Source: Amoebophrya sp. A120
Lineage: Eukaryota; Protista; Dinoflagellata
DNA length: 64,000 bases
Direction of reading: 5' to 3'
Assembly: GCA_905178155.1 (NCBI GenBank)
Contig: CAJINV010000003.1
Span: 7,859,882 to 7,923,881, forward strand
How positions within the stretch are numbered: the first letter of the stretch is position 1; the number at the start of each line of letters is the position of its first letter. Made by a program: the position numbers and the translations under genes. Positions 13,048 to 25,424 of the stretch are shown in pieces. The notes under the pieces are model-generated. The model did not search any database and had not been told where the DNA came from. It worked only from the letters and a program-made list of their open reading frames with translations.

Positions 13048-14086
13048 CGTGCCGCGGCCGGGATGAACAAGCGGAAGAAACTCTAGCCGTTTATGATCGT
13101 GTAGTCTCCAAAAGGCAGTGATGATCCAAGACCTCTTTCTTGCGGTGTGGCCTCCTTGTTTCTTGACTGGCGGCCGCCCCGAGGATGATCGACACGACAA
13201 TTGCGGTCTTCAGCCAGGACCCTCAGCACGAGCTGTTGGTCCACTTCGGCACAGCAGCAGAAGGTAAACGGTCAACGGCCTTCATCATGTTTAACGAACG
13301 CTACTCGAATCAGAATCACTGAACTGTAAATGCATTTTTGCCGCCACTCTACCTTTTTCTCCTCTTAATCGGTTCTCAACCAAAGTAGAAGTACGCTCTT
13401 GCTTCGGTATATTGTCGTGCTCCCACTCTTGTGTGTGTGCCGTTATCAATGTTAATCGGTGTTGGTCACTTGCGGACGAAGAGAAACGATTGTGGAACAT
13501 CAACTTACTTGGCTACGCACGGACGGAAGGAAGAAGAATTCCATTCGAACGTGCTCGCATTTTTCAAGGAAAAACGCCTTTCACAGCAAAGCTTTTCACA
13601 TTGAGTTGGTGCTGCCCTGCAATCGACTTAATCTATACTCGCTGTGTACTGTTTCGCTTGTTGCGCTTTGTTGCTCATCCGCAAAAAAAAACCTTTACCT
13701 TTTTCCCGTACAAACTACGAGGCTACCACCTATCACGGTCTCGATGCGAAGCCGCCCTCAGCGGGCTCGGTCAACTGAGCGAGGAACTACTGGAGGCAGA
13801 ACTTTAAAAAGTTTCTATGCAGGACTTCCTTGCGAGATGGTCGTGTAGGTGCCAAATTATCTGCGTGAATGAGCAAACAACAAGGACCATGGATAGCCGT
13901 GGCCATCTGTGGGCGTGATCGACGAAAATGTGGAAAATGGATGCTGTGATACGTCGGTGTACATGGTGATGAACATGATATATCGAAAATTCTATGTCCT
14001 AGTTGTATTCCTGAGAAAAGTAATACTGCCGACAGGTAGTAGAAGCAGTAGAGACTAGTCCACGACCTGCCGTTAATACTACTAAC

Positions 14087-16463
14087 TTACCTCACAACTT
14101 GGACGCGCGCACAATGACATGAAAAAAACGCTCCTAAAAAACCAGTGTTTGATGAAGACGGCTCGCTTATGACCACTTGGGTTTCTTCGATGGAGACCAG
14201 GGCGACTTCCGCAGCGTCACTCGTCTTGGGGGACGAATTATTAGCGCCCTGACGATAATTGGAGGTCCGGAGAATGCTTTCCGGACTGCTGTCGTCGCTG
14301 GCGAGCTGCGTGGAGTCGCAGGCTGTGCTCACCACCCGGCCGCTGGTGCTCACGGTCGCCGTACTCACCGCTCGCCCCGGCTTCCCGTCCTCGTCCTCGT
14401 TGTCCCCGGAGTCTTCCGGCTCGTTCTCGCTGTCCACCAGAATGTTCTCCGCGTCCGTTGCGAAGCTATCGTCGCTTTCGTCGCCGGACCCGATAGGATC
14501 ATCGCCGTCTATATCTTCGCGCAGCCTTGCGTCCTCGTCCCTAGAAGACGTTGTACCACCACGGGCATAACCACGGCTACCAATTATATCAGTACCTCCG
14601 CCTTCCCTCGCGGCGTCCGCAACGACGACTTCGCCTTCCTCCAAGCGCCCGTTGTCCGACGCCTCCAGCAGATTGTGGCGGTCCATCGTCGCCGAGTTGT
14701 TGTTGTTGGCCGAACCAGCTGCACCTCCCGGATCACTTTTTTTGCTCTTGGAGGACTGCCTGCTGCTGGCCTTCGACAGCGTAGTCATCGTCAGGTTCTT
14801 CAGCTTCTTGCTGCCGCGCTTGGTGTGCGTGTACCCGGCCCGCGCGATCTTCACGGTCTTTTTCGCGGGCGCAATCAGGACCGCGTTTGTGGTCTGCTTC
14901 GCTGCCGCGCCGACAAAGCCACGAAACCGCGAGCTGTTCTTGCGCCGCCGCTCGGGGGGAAGCTCCGTGCCATTCTGGCTATACATTTCGCAGTGCAAAC
15001 TCTCCCACATCGCACGAACCCCAACCTCGTCGACCTGTGATTTGTTGAAATTTGGGTGTGATGTTGATGTCACTTCATTGCGAGAAGTTAGTTGTTATTC
15101 TATGGTGCAGTAGACGAAGCAGGTGCAGAAGATTTATTATTCTGCAGGACAATTACTTCTCTGGCGAAAATAAACCTGACGATCCGGAACGCGCAATAGG
15201 AAATCGAAGAAAAGACTTGTAGCTCTACCTTTTGTAAAAATTCCGGGTCGTTCCAGATGTGATGTGGGTGATTGTCGTCGAAGACGATCTCGTCGGGTAT
15301 GCTGCCCCCGAGCCACTGCGGCAGCTGGCTAGGGTCTACATACTCGTGAATGTCCTCGACTTTCTTCTTCAGCACGACTTTCTCCGCGGTTTTGGGGTCC
15401 ACGAACTTTTTCAAAATGCCCCACGCGGTCTCGAACCCGGGCGGCGGACCAACGATGATGATGCGCTCGCAGGCCTCCGGGTAGTTGTTGCTGCCGATCC
15501 GCGAGATCAGTTTTACCTGTTCGCGGACAAACTTGGAAAGCACGATCCGAAGCCCCCGCCCCCGGACATCCAGGATCACCGTGTTCTGGTACACCGGGCG
15601 GCCCGTGTGCAGGGAAGTGGCCAGGTACTTCAGCCGCCGCGTGTGCTCCTGCTGGACGGCCAGCATCTGCTCCACCTCCAGCTCCGTGTACACCAACTGG
15701 GTTATCTTTTCCACGTCGTAGCCCGCAAGGTGGTCCACGTAAACGGGCCTTCCCTCCTTACAAAGCCCTGCGTACCCCTGGTGGCAAATCGCGCGAAACC
15801 GCGGCTCCAGTGTGCTCTCCCTCAGCTCGGGCAGCCCTATCTTTTCTCGCCACAGCAAGTGCTTCTCCAGCATCTCCAGCGTACCCAACCAGTCTCCCTT
15901 GCGGGCGCGGAGAAACCTGTCGTTCGATGTCGCGTAACCTAAAAATCATATCTACTGCTACTTTCAGATTGATACGCCTGCATTCATAGTAGTGTTGTAG
16001 AAGTCACCCACCTTGCTGCACAGTACCTGCAGGCCGCGCTCCTTCTAGTACTTCTATCTTCACATCGCCGTCCAAATCAACATTCGTCGAGATCAATGGC
16101 GTGCGAGAAAATCTTGATAAGTACATACTTACATGCGGAGGTGCTTTCTTCATCTACTCACGGTTTTCAGTGTTACTAGTGCTAACCGTCCTCGAAAAAA
16201 ACGTGGGTTTTCCGACGATAGAAAATTCTCTAGAGAGCACGCGCCATCGGAACCACTAGCAGGCGAAAGTGCAGATTGATCCTATACCTGAAAACGTCAT
16301 GCTCCGGCCAATAATCTGGAATCGTCGCCTTGCCGCGCTCCGCGATGGCCTCGCGTACCTGAGTAACCTCCGCTTGGTAGCGCTGAGTGGCTTGCCCCAG
16401 GTTTAGCGACAAGTCGTCGACGAAAAACTTCTCCGGTTTTGCCTTCGTTGCTCGACTGAACAT
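14087..16463 (-). CDS. SEC14/CRAL-TRIO lipid-binding protein with acidic low-complexity tail (3' end uncertain)
   Basis: DVFRFLRARKGD across GT-AG intron 15917..16287; GRPVY, VILDVRG, NYPE, ILKKFVDPKTAEKV, LPQWLGG. Confidence 0.85.
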
Positions 16464-18490
16464 GGTGACTCATCCAGTGTTCCTGATCCGGGTGCGGACG
16501 ACGACGAGACGCTGCCCAATATTATAGTCGCAGTTTGGTTGAATACGATTACGAACGTCCCTTTCTAGTTTATTAAGATTTCAATTTCTTCATTCATGCA
16601 CAAGACTCTATGCCAGCATTTCTATTTGTTTGACCTACAGACGCTGTGCTTTTTTTATCTGCTGCCTGTCACTATCACGATGATTTGGGCACAAACGATA
16701 ACTGCACTCAGATGATCATTGCTGCATCTACATGTCTAAAACTCTAAAATCACAACCTTCTAAAGAATGCAACAACTGTCTATATAAGAGAGAGGAGTAG
16801 TACATTTTCAGGAGTATCAACCCATTGGAAAGATACGATTAAAAAAAAAACGACTTAGCCATACAAACCAGATTCTTTTACAGGGGTCCAGTTTGCACTC
16901 TAAGGGCCGCGACAGGGAACTGTAGTACTAGTTTTTTCTTTCAACATTTTGCTTTTTCCTACTTTTGTCATTCGCTTAGCCTTAGAATCGCGCCTTTCGC
17001 AAACAACGCACGATTTGAGTACTTAAGTCCATACCTTAGCGTAAGTGCAAGAACACTTCCCACAAGCAGTTTGGTGCCCATGCCCGGGTTCTCGTGAGTG
17101 GGAAAAAACAAAATAAACCGACTGCTGCTATTGCCTATTGGTTTGCCTTTGCACTCGCACGAATCAGTCAGAGTCAGAGTTATCGGCCAACGTGCCCGCC
17201 GTCACACTGGGAGTCGTTTAGAGATAGATACAGATACCGAAGCTTTCCAGCAATCCAATGCAATTGCAACATACAATTGACATCATAAAAAAAAGCAAGA
17301 ACTTAATATTAATTGCCGGGGCAAGTTCTTCGGCAGTGGCGTTGTACGAATCGACTGTCATTCGAGCGCGTTGCCAGCGGTGAACGATGAAGGCCTGTGC
17401 AACTTTTCACCGATGCACGACGCACGAATAAGACCACGAGGAACGAGACGGAAGAGACGGAAAACTAAAGGGACGTCAAGGCATTTGCATTGACCGACTT
17501 TCGTGGAGGTCTTGAGGAACACAGTCACTCGATAGTTAGCCCCTCCCCAAGGGACTCGATTACTTATGGAATACTTTCCGACTTCGCGAGAGTCGCGGGC
17601 AGATACTTGACCTGGTATCTACTACAAATCAAATCAGTATGTTTCTTCCGTTGACGTGATTCGGTTTGTTTCTGCAGCAACAGACCTACACAATTGACGT
17701 TTTTCGGTGTAAATACCTCTGCAGAACTTTGCTGTACGTAGGGATGAACCCTTTTTCCGCCCCAGCACTCATGGGAAGACTAGAAAGTCATTTTTTGGAA
17801 AATCATGGCCTAATAGATACAGTGCATTTTTTTGATAATCGGATGGAAACAATCATAAATCTTAATCCTCTTATAGCTAAAAAATAGATTCACAAAATTT
17901 CCTGCTCGTACGACACAAATCTAAAAGAAGTTTGCCACGTTGCAGTGCCGTACAGGTGCCGCAGTTCGTTGTCGTCGTTGAAGATCCGCCAAAACTACAA
18001 AAGCCTGGCAGTGTTCTACATATAATACCTCCGCTGGAACTGCGTGTTTCTTCCGTAGGGTGAGTGCTTTGAGAACGCAAACTAACAAAAGTTAGGAAAC
18101 GTGGAGTGCTGCACATAAAAAAAAAAATGAAAAAGCATAGTGGTAAATCAAAACACCATCATATCATGGTCATTCATTGCAATCTTACAACAGACACGCT
18201 TGCAGATAGTTCTAAGTAGCTGAGATAATTTCATCGCAAAAACGAGCAGAATCTCGAAAAGACAGAGATATAGTACCCTGTTCAACTACAGGAGATTGTG
18301 CTGTATGAAACTATTCCTGTGCTTCGTCCTGTTTCCACTTACGCTCTTCATAAATAAAGTGCATCGCTATGTGTAGGAGTAAAATGCCAATGAACTCCAC
18401 ATCGTTAATCCATAGATATGTCGTAGTCGCCATGTCTGGTACATCTTGTCCTCGCTCAACAGACGCAATCCTCTGGATAGCTTTGGTTGT

Positions 18491-21278
18491 TTACTTCGGC
18501 GTGAAAGTTAAGTCCCGCTGCTGTGCAAAGTCCTGCATATGCCTATCCACAAACGGATTCGCTTCGTCCTGATCCATATCCGCAAAACAGTGATTGACGT
18601 CCCGATGATGCGTCTCGTCGGCCAGCAACTGAAGATGTGAAGATGAGAATAAATACATGAAAAATCAATCTTGTTTCAGTGCATAGAAATGGACTCTTTA
18701 CGACTTGGGAACAGTAAAACGAATTATGCAGTATAAGATTTTTAAATCATTATGATACGTTCTCGAGCACGTGCACCCACTCCGCGTCATCCCTCAGGTT
18801 CCAGTACGCCTTGGCCAAAGGCGGCGCCGGGAGGCCGTCCCAAGCCTTGTGCAGTTTGGTGCCCGGAGTTCTCGTCAGCCGAACCAAGTCCGTGTACGTA
18901 AGCACTGCCGTTTCTTCCAGGTACCCGACAAATCGGTGGAGGGCTTTGGGATGGACCTAAGGAAATATAGAGTGGCTGATTTTCCTAGGAGTGAGAGTGC
19001 AGTTCTTGCCTGGCGCGGCAATCGACCATTGACCGTCAGACATCTCTGGGTAGTGGTCGTGTCAACATAAGCACAAACTTATGGTCGTTATGTCGGTGCA
19101 CTGACTCTCGTCGTTGCAATAGCAAGCCACGAAGATGCCTGTGTCTCTCGAAACTCAATTGGTGGAAAAATCTATCTTTGCTACACACAGGACTCTTATC
19201 TTCTCGCAACAAATTGTATCTGCGTACCATATAAGTGGCAGTGAGGAAGGTCACGATTCCGATCTGCCCAAGCGCACAAGCGGTGCGGGTCAGGATTCCG
19301 GCATCGAACATCTTCATGCAAACAAGCAGGTGCATGCGTTTTTGTATCGCAGGAAAAACACTGGCATGTCCACGTGGCGCTGTATTGCGTCGAATGCAAG
19401 AAGACAGTAGAATGCATCCCAATCTCGATGTCCTGATGACAAAGACGCAAGAAAAGGCAAAACATTCATACAGCAGCGTTTGCGCAATCCCGATGGGGTC
19501 ACGCTCACAACGCGCTGGGCATGACCTAATTCGCGATGCAAACTACGCAACATTTTCGTCACAGTGAAAAAACAGGCTGCTTTTCTCTGCGATATCATTC
19601 TGGGCCTCTTCGATGAGTGTGTGAATCCAGCCGTGGTCTCTGCGCAAGGTGCGCAACGAATGAAAATGCCGTAGCACTCCTGCAACCATTCCGGGGACCT
19701 GTTATGTTTGTTTATGCATAACTTTGTGTCAGAAGAGTGCGATACAATTTTCAGCACGGTCTTGCTGGGATAGTATTCGTATTGGCAAGTCGGTAAAAAA
19801 CAACTATATGCGTTCCTCGTTGGCTCCCAAACAAACGAAGCCACGCCGGAGCTTTTCATCTAAGTATCTTTAATGTTATGCGTTGTACTGCGAAGTCCGA
19901 GAAATAAGTAAAAGTTGCGCGTGTCAGTCAAGCTGTACCCCTGCGATTGATTCCAGGATGATGAGCCGGTAGGCACAGGATCGCGGCGTAGGGTCCTTGT
20001 AGTCGAAGCCCGTGAGATATCCACTGCAAATATGTCTAGGTTCTCTGGGAGGATGCAGGTATTTGCGATGCAGACTTTTCATGCCCATCGAGGTCTGGAA
20101 TGAGTGACCTACTTAGCATCCCAGATTGCCGCAAGACTTTTACTTTACAACGTTTATCCCGCAAAAAAGAAGCTACACTCTGTGTCACAAGAAGAAAGAA
20201 AAGCAAAGGGCAGCTTTTCCTATTATACATTGATGTGATCTACAGGGGGCGTCACAAATTTGCGGTCTTGTTCCAGACCCACACACATTTACAATGCGTA
20301 TGACGAAGTTGAATCCCCGATACAGCACGGTCTTCACGAGGTGGTACATGAACTTGTCCGCCAAGGTATCCTGTGTAAAAACGTCTCCATCCCATGTTTG
20401 TCATGCAAATCTGTTTCTGTATGACTCAAATGCTTCTCATGCGCAGCGACGCAAGAGGCGTTTTCTAATCTTGTCTGGGAGTTGGTGATGCTAGAATCAG
20501 GAGAATCTGGGCCATTTCTGATGCGGCAACACTATCTAAAAACGATTGCACTACGATCCGAAATTTGTCGTACACGACAACAGCCAAAATTTGTTGAATT
20601 GTGTAGCCAAAGTCACACCTTGACTGTGGGGAGGTGGAGACGTTTCTGTACAGGATACCAGGTTTTAGGCACATGCACAGGCTGGGGCTTCTCCAGCCGA
20701 GCACGAATCTCCTCCTCGCTCCAAATGTGGTTCACCATTGGTATCATGTACGTTTGTTTATCATAAAAGTGGGAGTTTGTCCGCAGCATGCTGTTCTCCG
20801 TACTGCCCGTTTGCTCTTCCACGGCCGTAGAAGCAGTGGCGGCAGTACTGGTATCGACCGAGGGCGTTTTTGCGAAGTTGGTGTTCGTTGTCGGCTCCGG
20901 ACTTTTTCCCTTGTCGCGTGGAATGTGAAATCCGCCGAGTTTCGGGTGCAGCTCTCCGCCTTTACCTCGGGTGTCGTCTGTTTGTGAAGCAACACAGAAA
21001 AACTGTAAACTGAGAAGTGCAACAGCCTAGAGGACTTTCTGTTGAAAAGTACTTGTTGTGCGCTGTCAACATTGTTCAGAGCGGACCCACACGACATCGA
21101 GATCGACATGAAGTACCACTTATTATTAAACAAACTACTTACTTAGAAAGATAGGTCCGTGCTTACCTGTTTGCTTCGACACCGGGAACTGCTGCGCGAA
21201 GGACCTCGTGAAGAGTGGTCTCATTTGAGACGGTCTCCGTAAAGCCTGAGCACCACGACCAACGGCAAGGCGCATCAT
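18491..21278 (-). CDS. AOX: Mitochondrial alternative oxidase, 8 exons (4 GT-AG and 3 non-canonical introns)
   Basis: Spliced model gives [47 protein letters not shown], plus an Arg-rich N-terminal presequence. Not visible as a long ORF in the track. Confidence 0.92.
19345..19594. mobile_element. TIR intron element splitting AOX N-E-R-M-H
   Basis: Ends tatcgcaggaaaaaca / revcomp tatcgcagagaaaagca. Flanks AATGA/CAAAA. Removing element+5 nt gives AAT GAA CGC ATG CAC. Confidence 0.9.
20018..20300. mobile_element. Degenerate TIR intron element in AOX
   Basis: Ends tatccactgcaaatatgt / revcomp tacgcattgtaaatgtgt. Flanks CGTCA/TCTCA. Removal restores GFNFVTGFDYK. Confidence 0.8.
20367..20657. mobile_element. 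TIR intron element (TATCCTG family) in AOX
   Basis: Ends tatcctgtgtaaaaacgtctcca / revcomp tatcctgtacagaaacgtctcca. Flanks CCTGG/CCTTG. Removal restores PKT(W/L)ADKF. Confidence 0.9.
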
Positions 21279-22039
21279 TTTTGTTCCTGTACTTTTGTCG
21301 AACCAACAAAGGTAGAAAAAGCAGGTGAATGCTGTCCGAGACTAAGCACTTTCGAGAATAAAAAAAGTATGACTCATATGCCCATATCTTCAGGATAATA
21401 TTAATTGTGTACTACACATAAGATGAGCGGAGAGGTCGTTCCTTTGCGTGTCCAAAGGAGTTCAGGGAAGTGTATCGATGTTTCTGAAGGCTGTTCTTGC
21501 TCGGTTTTTATGAAACACATTCATCAGTACGCTTAGAATACTTCTCGCATGATGGCAGCATTGGTAGTAGGAGATCACTGTTTGTTTTTTACCGACATTT
21601 TACTCTTGTTGTGACTCTCTCGAACATGCTCGCAATCGTCGCATCACTCTGCTCATCCTCCTGATTTAGGCATTGGGAGCGAAACTACTGGGCAAACCGA
21701 TGGTCGACCGATTTCCTGGATCCATACCTGGCACTGATGAAGAACTTTTCACATTTTCTAAAGTAGATAGGGAGAAAAGTAGAAATCGAAAAACCGTCGG
21801 CGCATAATCATTTTTAAGTACTATAAGGAGTTCTGTCTCATTTGCGCTGCAGTTTGATGTGGTCAAAAGAATACGTACTACACACGCGATCAGTACCGCG
21901 GAGAATCTACCAGCGGGGGCTGCGGTTCACTATATATCGTGAACAGGAACGGGATTATGAGAATTTCTCCTGCATGCTTGATGAGGAATGTGCGCCATTG
22001 AGCCCGCCGTTTTTATTCAGTTCGTGTTCCAGGTCAATA

Positions 22040-23167
22040 TTAAACACAGCGTACACAATTGGCAGCCCGGACCCGTTCGCGCTCTTCGTCTTCCTGGCTG
22101 AGTCGAACCTCCTCCTGGTCAACGACGGCCTCTTCGTTCTTGGCAGCACCGAAACGGCTCGTCAAGAGCTGGCGGAAAGTGGCATTCGGATTGATGCACG
22201 GGCGGACTGCTCGCAACCACGAGTACGCATCTTGCAGAGACAAATTCTCGAGCGCACACAGGCAAGCGAGCGTGCACGTCGCTGCCCGACTGATCCCGGC
22301 CCCACAGTGCACGAACACGCGTCCCTGGTGGTCATCGCGCTCCGCGCGTACGAACTCCACCACACGATCCAGGTCCAGCGAACGCTCGGCAACGTGGTCT
22401 GTCACGCGCAGGCAGAGCTTGCGCCGCACGCATTTTGGCAGCTGGTTTGGGGGCTCTTTTGTCGCCGATAGCACCGCCGTGATGCGGTTCTCGACAAGCG
22501 CTTTCCCGCGCTGCAGAAGCGGCTGGTAGGGTCCGATGTACAGGTACTGCAGTACTTTCTGCATCTGTGTAAATTCCGGACGAGGCAGCTTGGCGGCCAC
22601 CTTTTCCCAAAGTTTAGTTTTTCGCAACCGCGCCACAATTTGCTGCTTCTTCTGAACGACGACGCCTTCCAACAGAATCATATTCGCGTCCTCGCCTGAA
22701 CTCTCTCCGCCACTCGCTTCTTGTATTTGTGCTGTTGGAGCATTTGTAACCAGCATTCGCAGTTCTTCGAGCATCTTTTCCAGCTCCTCGAGATTCCTCT
22801 CTCGCCGTTCTGGAGGTCCTTCGTCCGCCTTGCATACGGTCAGGCCGTTCGCCTCAGTCGCTGAGGCTTCAACCGACTTGAGTACAGAGCCACACACAAG
22901 TGTAAATTTGATCTCATCGGAAAACCGCTCCAGTACGCTCTGCTCCGGACGAGCCGATGCGTAGTTGCTCGAATCCTTGTCGTCCCCTGGTCGCGTTTCT
23001 TCATTATTAATGCCGCTGACAGAAGAGCGAGCACGGCCACGGGCTTCTGTCTGCTCTACTTTTTTACTAGCGGGCATGATGAAACATTCGTTTATCTTCT
23101 TGCGTATGCGTTTAGTTGTCCTGTATGGATCGTCTGGCGCTTCTTTCATGTATGTAAAATTTAGCAA
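22040..23167 (-). CDS. Dual-specificity protein phosphatase (ends uncertain)
   Basis: YLYIG, VFVHCGAGISRAATC (HCX5R), RAVRPCINPNATF. Confidence 0.88.
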   Translation of the reverse strand: MLNFTYMKEAPDDPYRTTKRIRKKINECFIMPASKKVEQTEARGRARSSVSGINNEETRPGDDKDSSNYASARPEQSVLERFSDEIKFTLVCGSVLKSVEASATEANGLTVCKADEGPPERRERNLEELEKMLEELRMLVTNAPTAQIQEASGGESSGEDANMILLEGVVVQKKQQIVARLRKTKLWEKVAAKLPRPEFTQMQKVLQYLYIGPYQPLLQRGKALVENRITAVLSATKEPPNQLPKCVRRKLCLRVTDHVAERSLDLDRVVEFVRAERDDHQGRVFVHCGAGISRAATCTLACLCALENLSLQDAYSWLRAVRPCINPNATFRQLLTSRFGAAKNEEAVVDQEEVRLSQEDEERERVRAANCVRCV

Positions 23168-23850
23168 GTTCTAACTGGTGGTCGGTGCAACAAGGAAGAA
23201 GCTCATATTATGCGGCTTCTGTATTTATAGCTTTCCGCAAAACTTGCAACAGCTGTCTTAGAATGAACTCCAAAACAAGAGGACAGCGAGTCTCTGGGAT
23301 CCTCGAAGGCCTGACCATTTCCATTTTTCCAACAACTGCTTCTATTGAAGATAACTATAGCGAGTATTGGTCAACACCGAGCGGCTCAACATTCGCATAT
23401 CGTGGTGCAATCGCGATAACAAAATTTTTACAGACACATCACCGCGTGATTCTAATGCTGCTTTAGCACACACCACGCTCGTCGCCGTAACACTGCGCGC
23501 TCAAATATCGACCCTGCTCACCGTCATCTTCACTCCCACTCTCAGATAACGGACAGTAGGTGAACACAGACAGAGACTTGTAGTCGTTGTGCTGCGCAAT
23601 AGTACAGGTAATTATCGTAATATATCCACAAGTCCTCGCTAGCACGAGAGGATTTCCGCACGCACACAACTCGTTCGACTGTGAGACAAAGATTCTTCCA
23701 CGTGGTGCGGTTTCGTTTCTTGGAAAAGGAGGAGCAAAGTACCTTGCTTGAGGAGCAAGTACTAGTCAGGGTTGCCGCCAGATGAGCATGCAGTGCGCAC
23801 CCGGGTCTGCTGCTTTTGTTTCGACCTCGACGCGGTCAGCGGGCTGGTCT

Positions 23851-24909
23851 TCATCGTCCCGGCGGACGGTATTGGCCACCGCCCGCACGCGAATCGCCCC
23901 CGGTGAACTTGCTACTGCTACCTCCTCCTCCTCCTCCTCCACCACCGCCACCACCGAATCCCCCCGCTCCAGTGGAGGAAATTCCGCCTCCCCCGATGTT
24001 TTGCCCCGTCGTGTTCTTCGTGAAAGACTGGTAAAGAAAATAGCCCAGACAGATGAAAGCCGAGATGCGAAGTATTTCGGTCTGCCCCATGACATAAAGT
24101 ACCACCACCAGTCCTAGCAACAAGGCGTAAATCAGCTGCATGTCCTGTCCCAAAATGTTTACTCGCCTCCCGCGAATCCCAAGCATTTGGGCCAGGTCCT
24201 TGGTTATGAGGTTGTCCCCTTCGAAGACTCCTCCCCCGCCAGACGGGGAGGATGAAGGTCCTTGGTGTGGTCGGTTGCCTGTGCAAATCAAGAATGCCAG
24301 CATCCTTCCGCTTCACAGGGAGGGGCGGAGTATGAATAGCATTATTTTCATTTCAGAGCAAGAGAAACGTGATGACGTTTTTCGAAGCCCAAAAAAAACC
24401 GCACTGTACAAGAAGAACAGTGGTGCTGATAGAAAGTCAAACTGAAAGTGGTAGTACTACTTGGAAAAATATTATAACGATGAAGGATTACCAGGCTGAT
24501 TGCTGAACTGCTGGAAGCTGTTGCTTCCTGACGAATTTGCATTGTCTGTTCCGGACCCTCCACCGAAAAATTGCGCGCTGCTGGCTTGCCTTGAACGTGG
24601 TTGAGTCGAGCCCTGATGTATTTTGATTGGATCGATAACTTAACCTACTAAGTGAATAATAGCGTGATCCTCATCATACAAAGACTCGAGTAGAACAGAT
24701 TTCAAAGAAAACGCTAGCTGGGACTTTGACCTTCCGCTGTGCTGTCAGATGCGCAATTCATTCAAGTCGGAGCTGGTGCTAGTCAAAGCTGCAAAAAGTA
24801 CTAAGTATTTACAAACACGAATCACACGTCGTACCGCTGAAGAGGATGACATATGCTTGGCCCGCGGGTCGTCATCGGGAACAATTTCGCCGTTGATGAT
24901 CTTCACCAT
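23851..24909 (-). CDS. FAM241/DUF4605-like small membrane protein, 3 exons
   Basis: Exon 1 encodes MVKIINGEIVPDDDPRAK, resembling the FAM241 N-terminus. It is followed by a Gly/Ser linker exon and a hydrophobic pair in ORF 23851..24303. Intron 1 (about 24617..24853) has no GT donor. Confidence 0.7.
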
Positions 24910-25424
24910 GTTTAACAATCAAGATAAATCTTCTTTATATCAAAAAAATGAAATGAAGGGTTGCCGCAGCTGCAGAAGCCGCTCCGAACAAAGCAAGCCC
25001 CGTGGGTAAACGCTCCTCTAGTCGTCCAGTTCTTTCCAATCCTTATCCTAGGCGGCCGTTGTCCTCAATACTTGTCAACTAGGGATCGTTAATATGGTGT
25101 AGCCCCCTGAGAATCCATATATCGCCAAGTTTGGCACGGCTTCAGTCTGATACAGGTACGAGGAGGAGTGGGGTCCTGAAAAGAACTAACATTTTTTTTT
25201 GTATAACTAACACTGAGTATTAATTCCTGAGCCAGCGGTGCTGGCATGATTGAAGCGGAAAGACCACAAGAAAACGTGTATTTTTCAGTACTAGCGAGCG
25301 TCGAGCTCGGAACATTTTTGTGATATAATTGCGTCGTATGCTTGTCTTTCAGGGAAAGTCATGTCGTGTTGCTCTTTCTTCTTTCATGATCTAGCTCGCC
25401 ACTACGATCGTTCATCATCTAAAA

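Noticed and set aside
18491-21278. AOX (and STE24, UPF2) as transposon-disrupted pseudogenes
   Set aside because: Exons are free of stops and keep the catalytic residues while the inserts have diverged, which implies continued function.
21933-22053. Possible TIR intron at the phosphatase 3' end (TTGTG/TAGTG flanks)
   Set aside because: Inverted ends too weak, and no conserved motif to validate the join.
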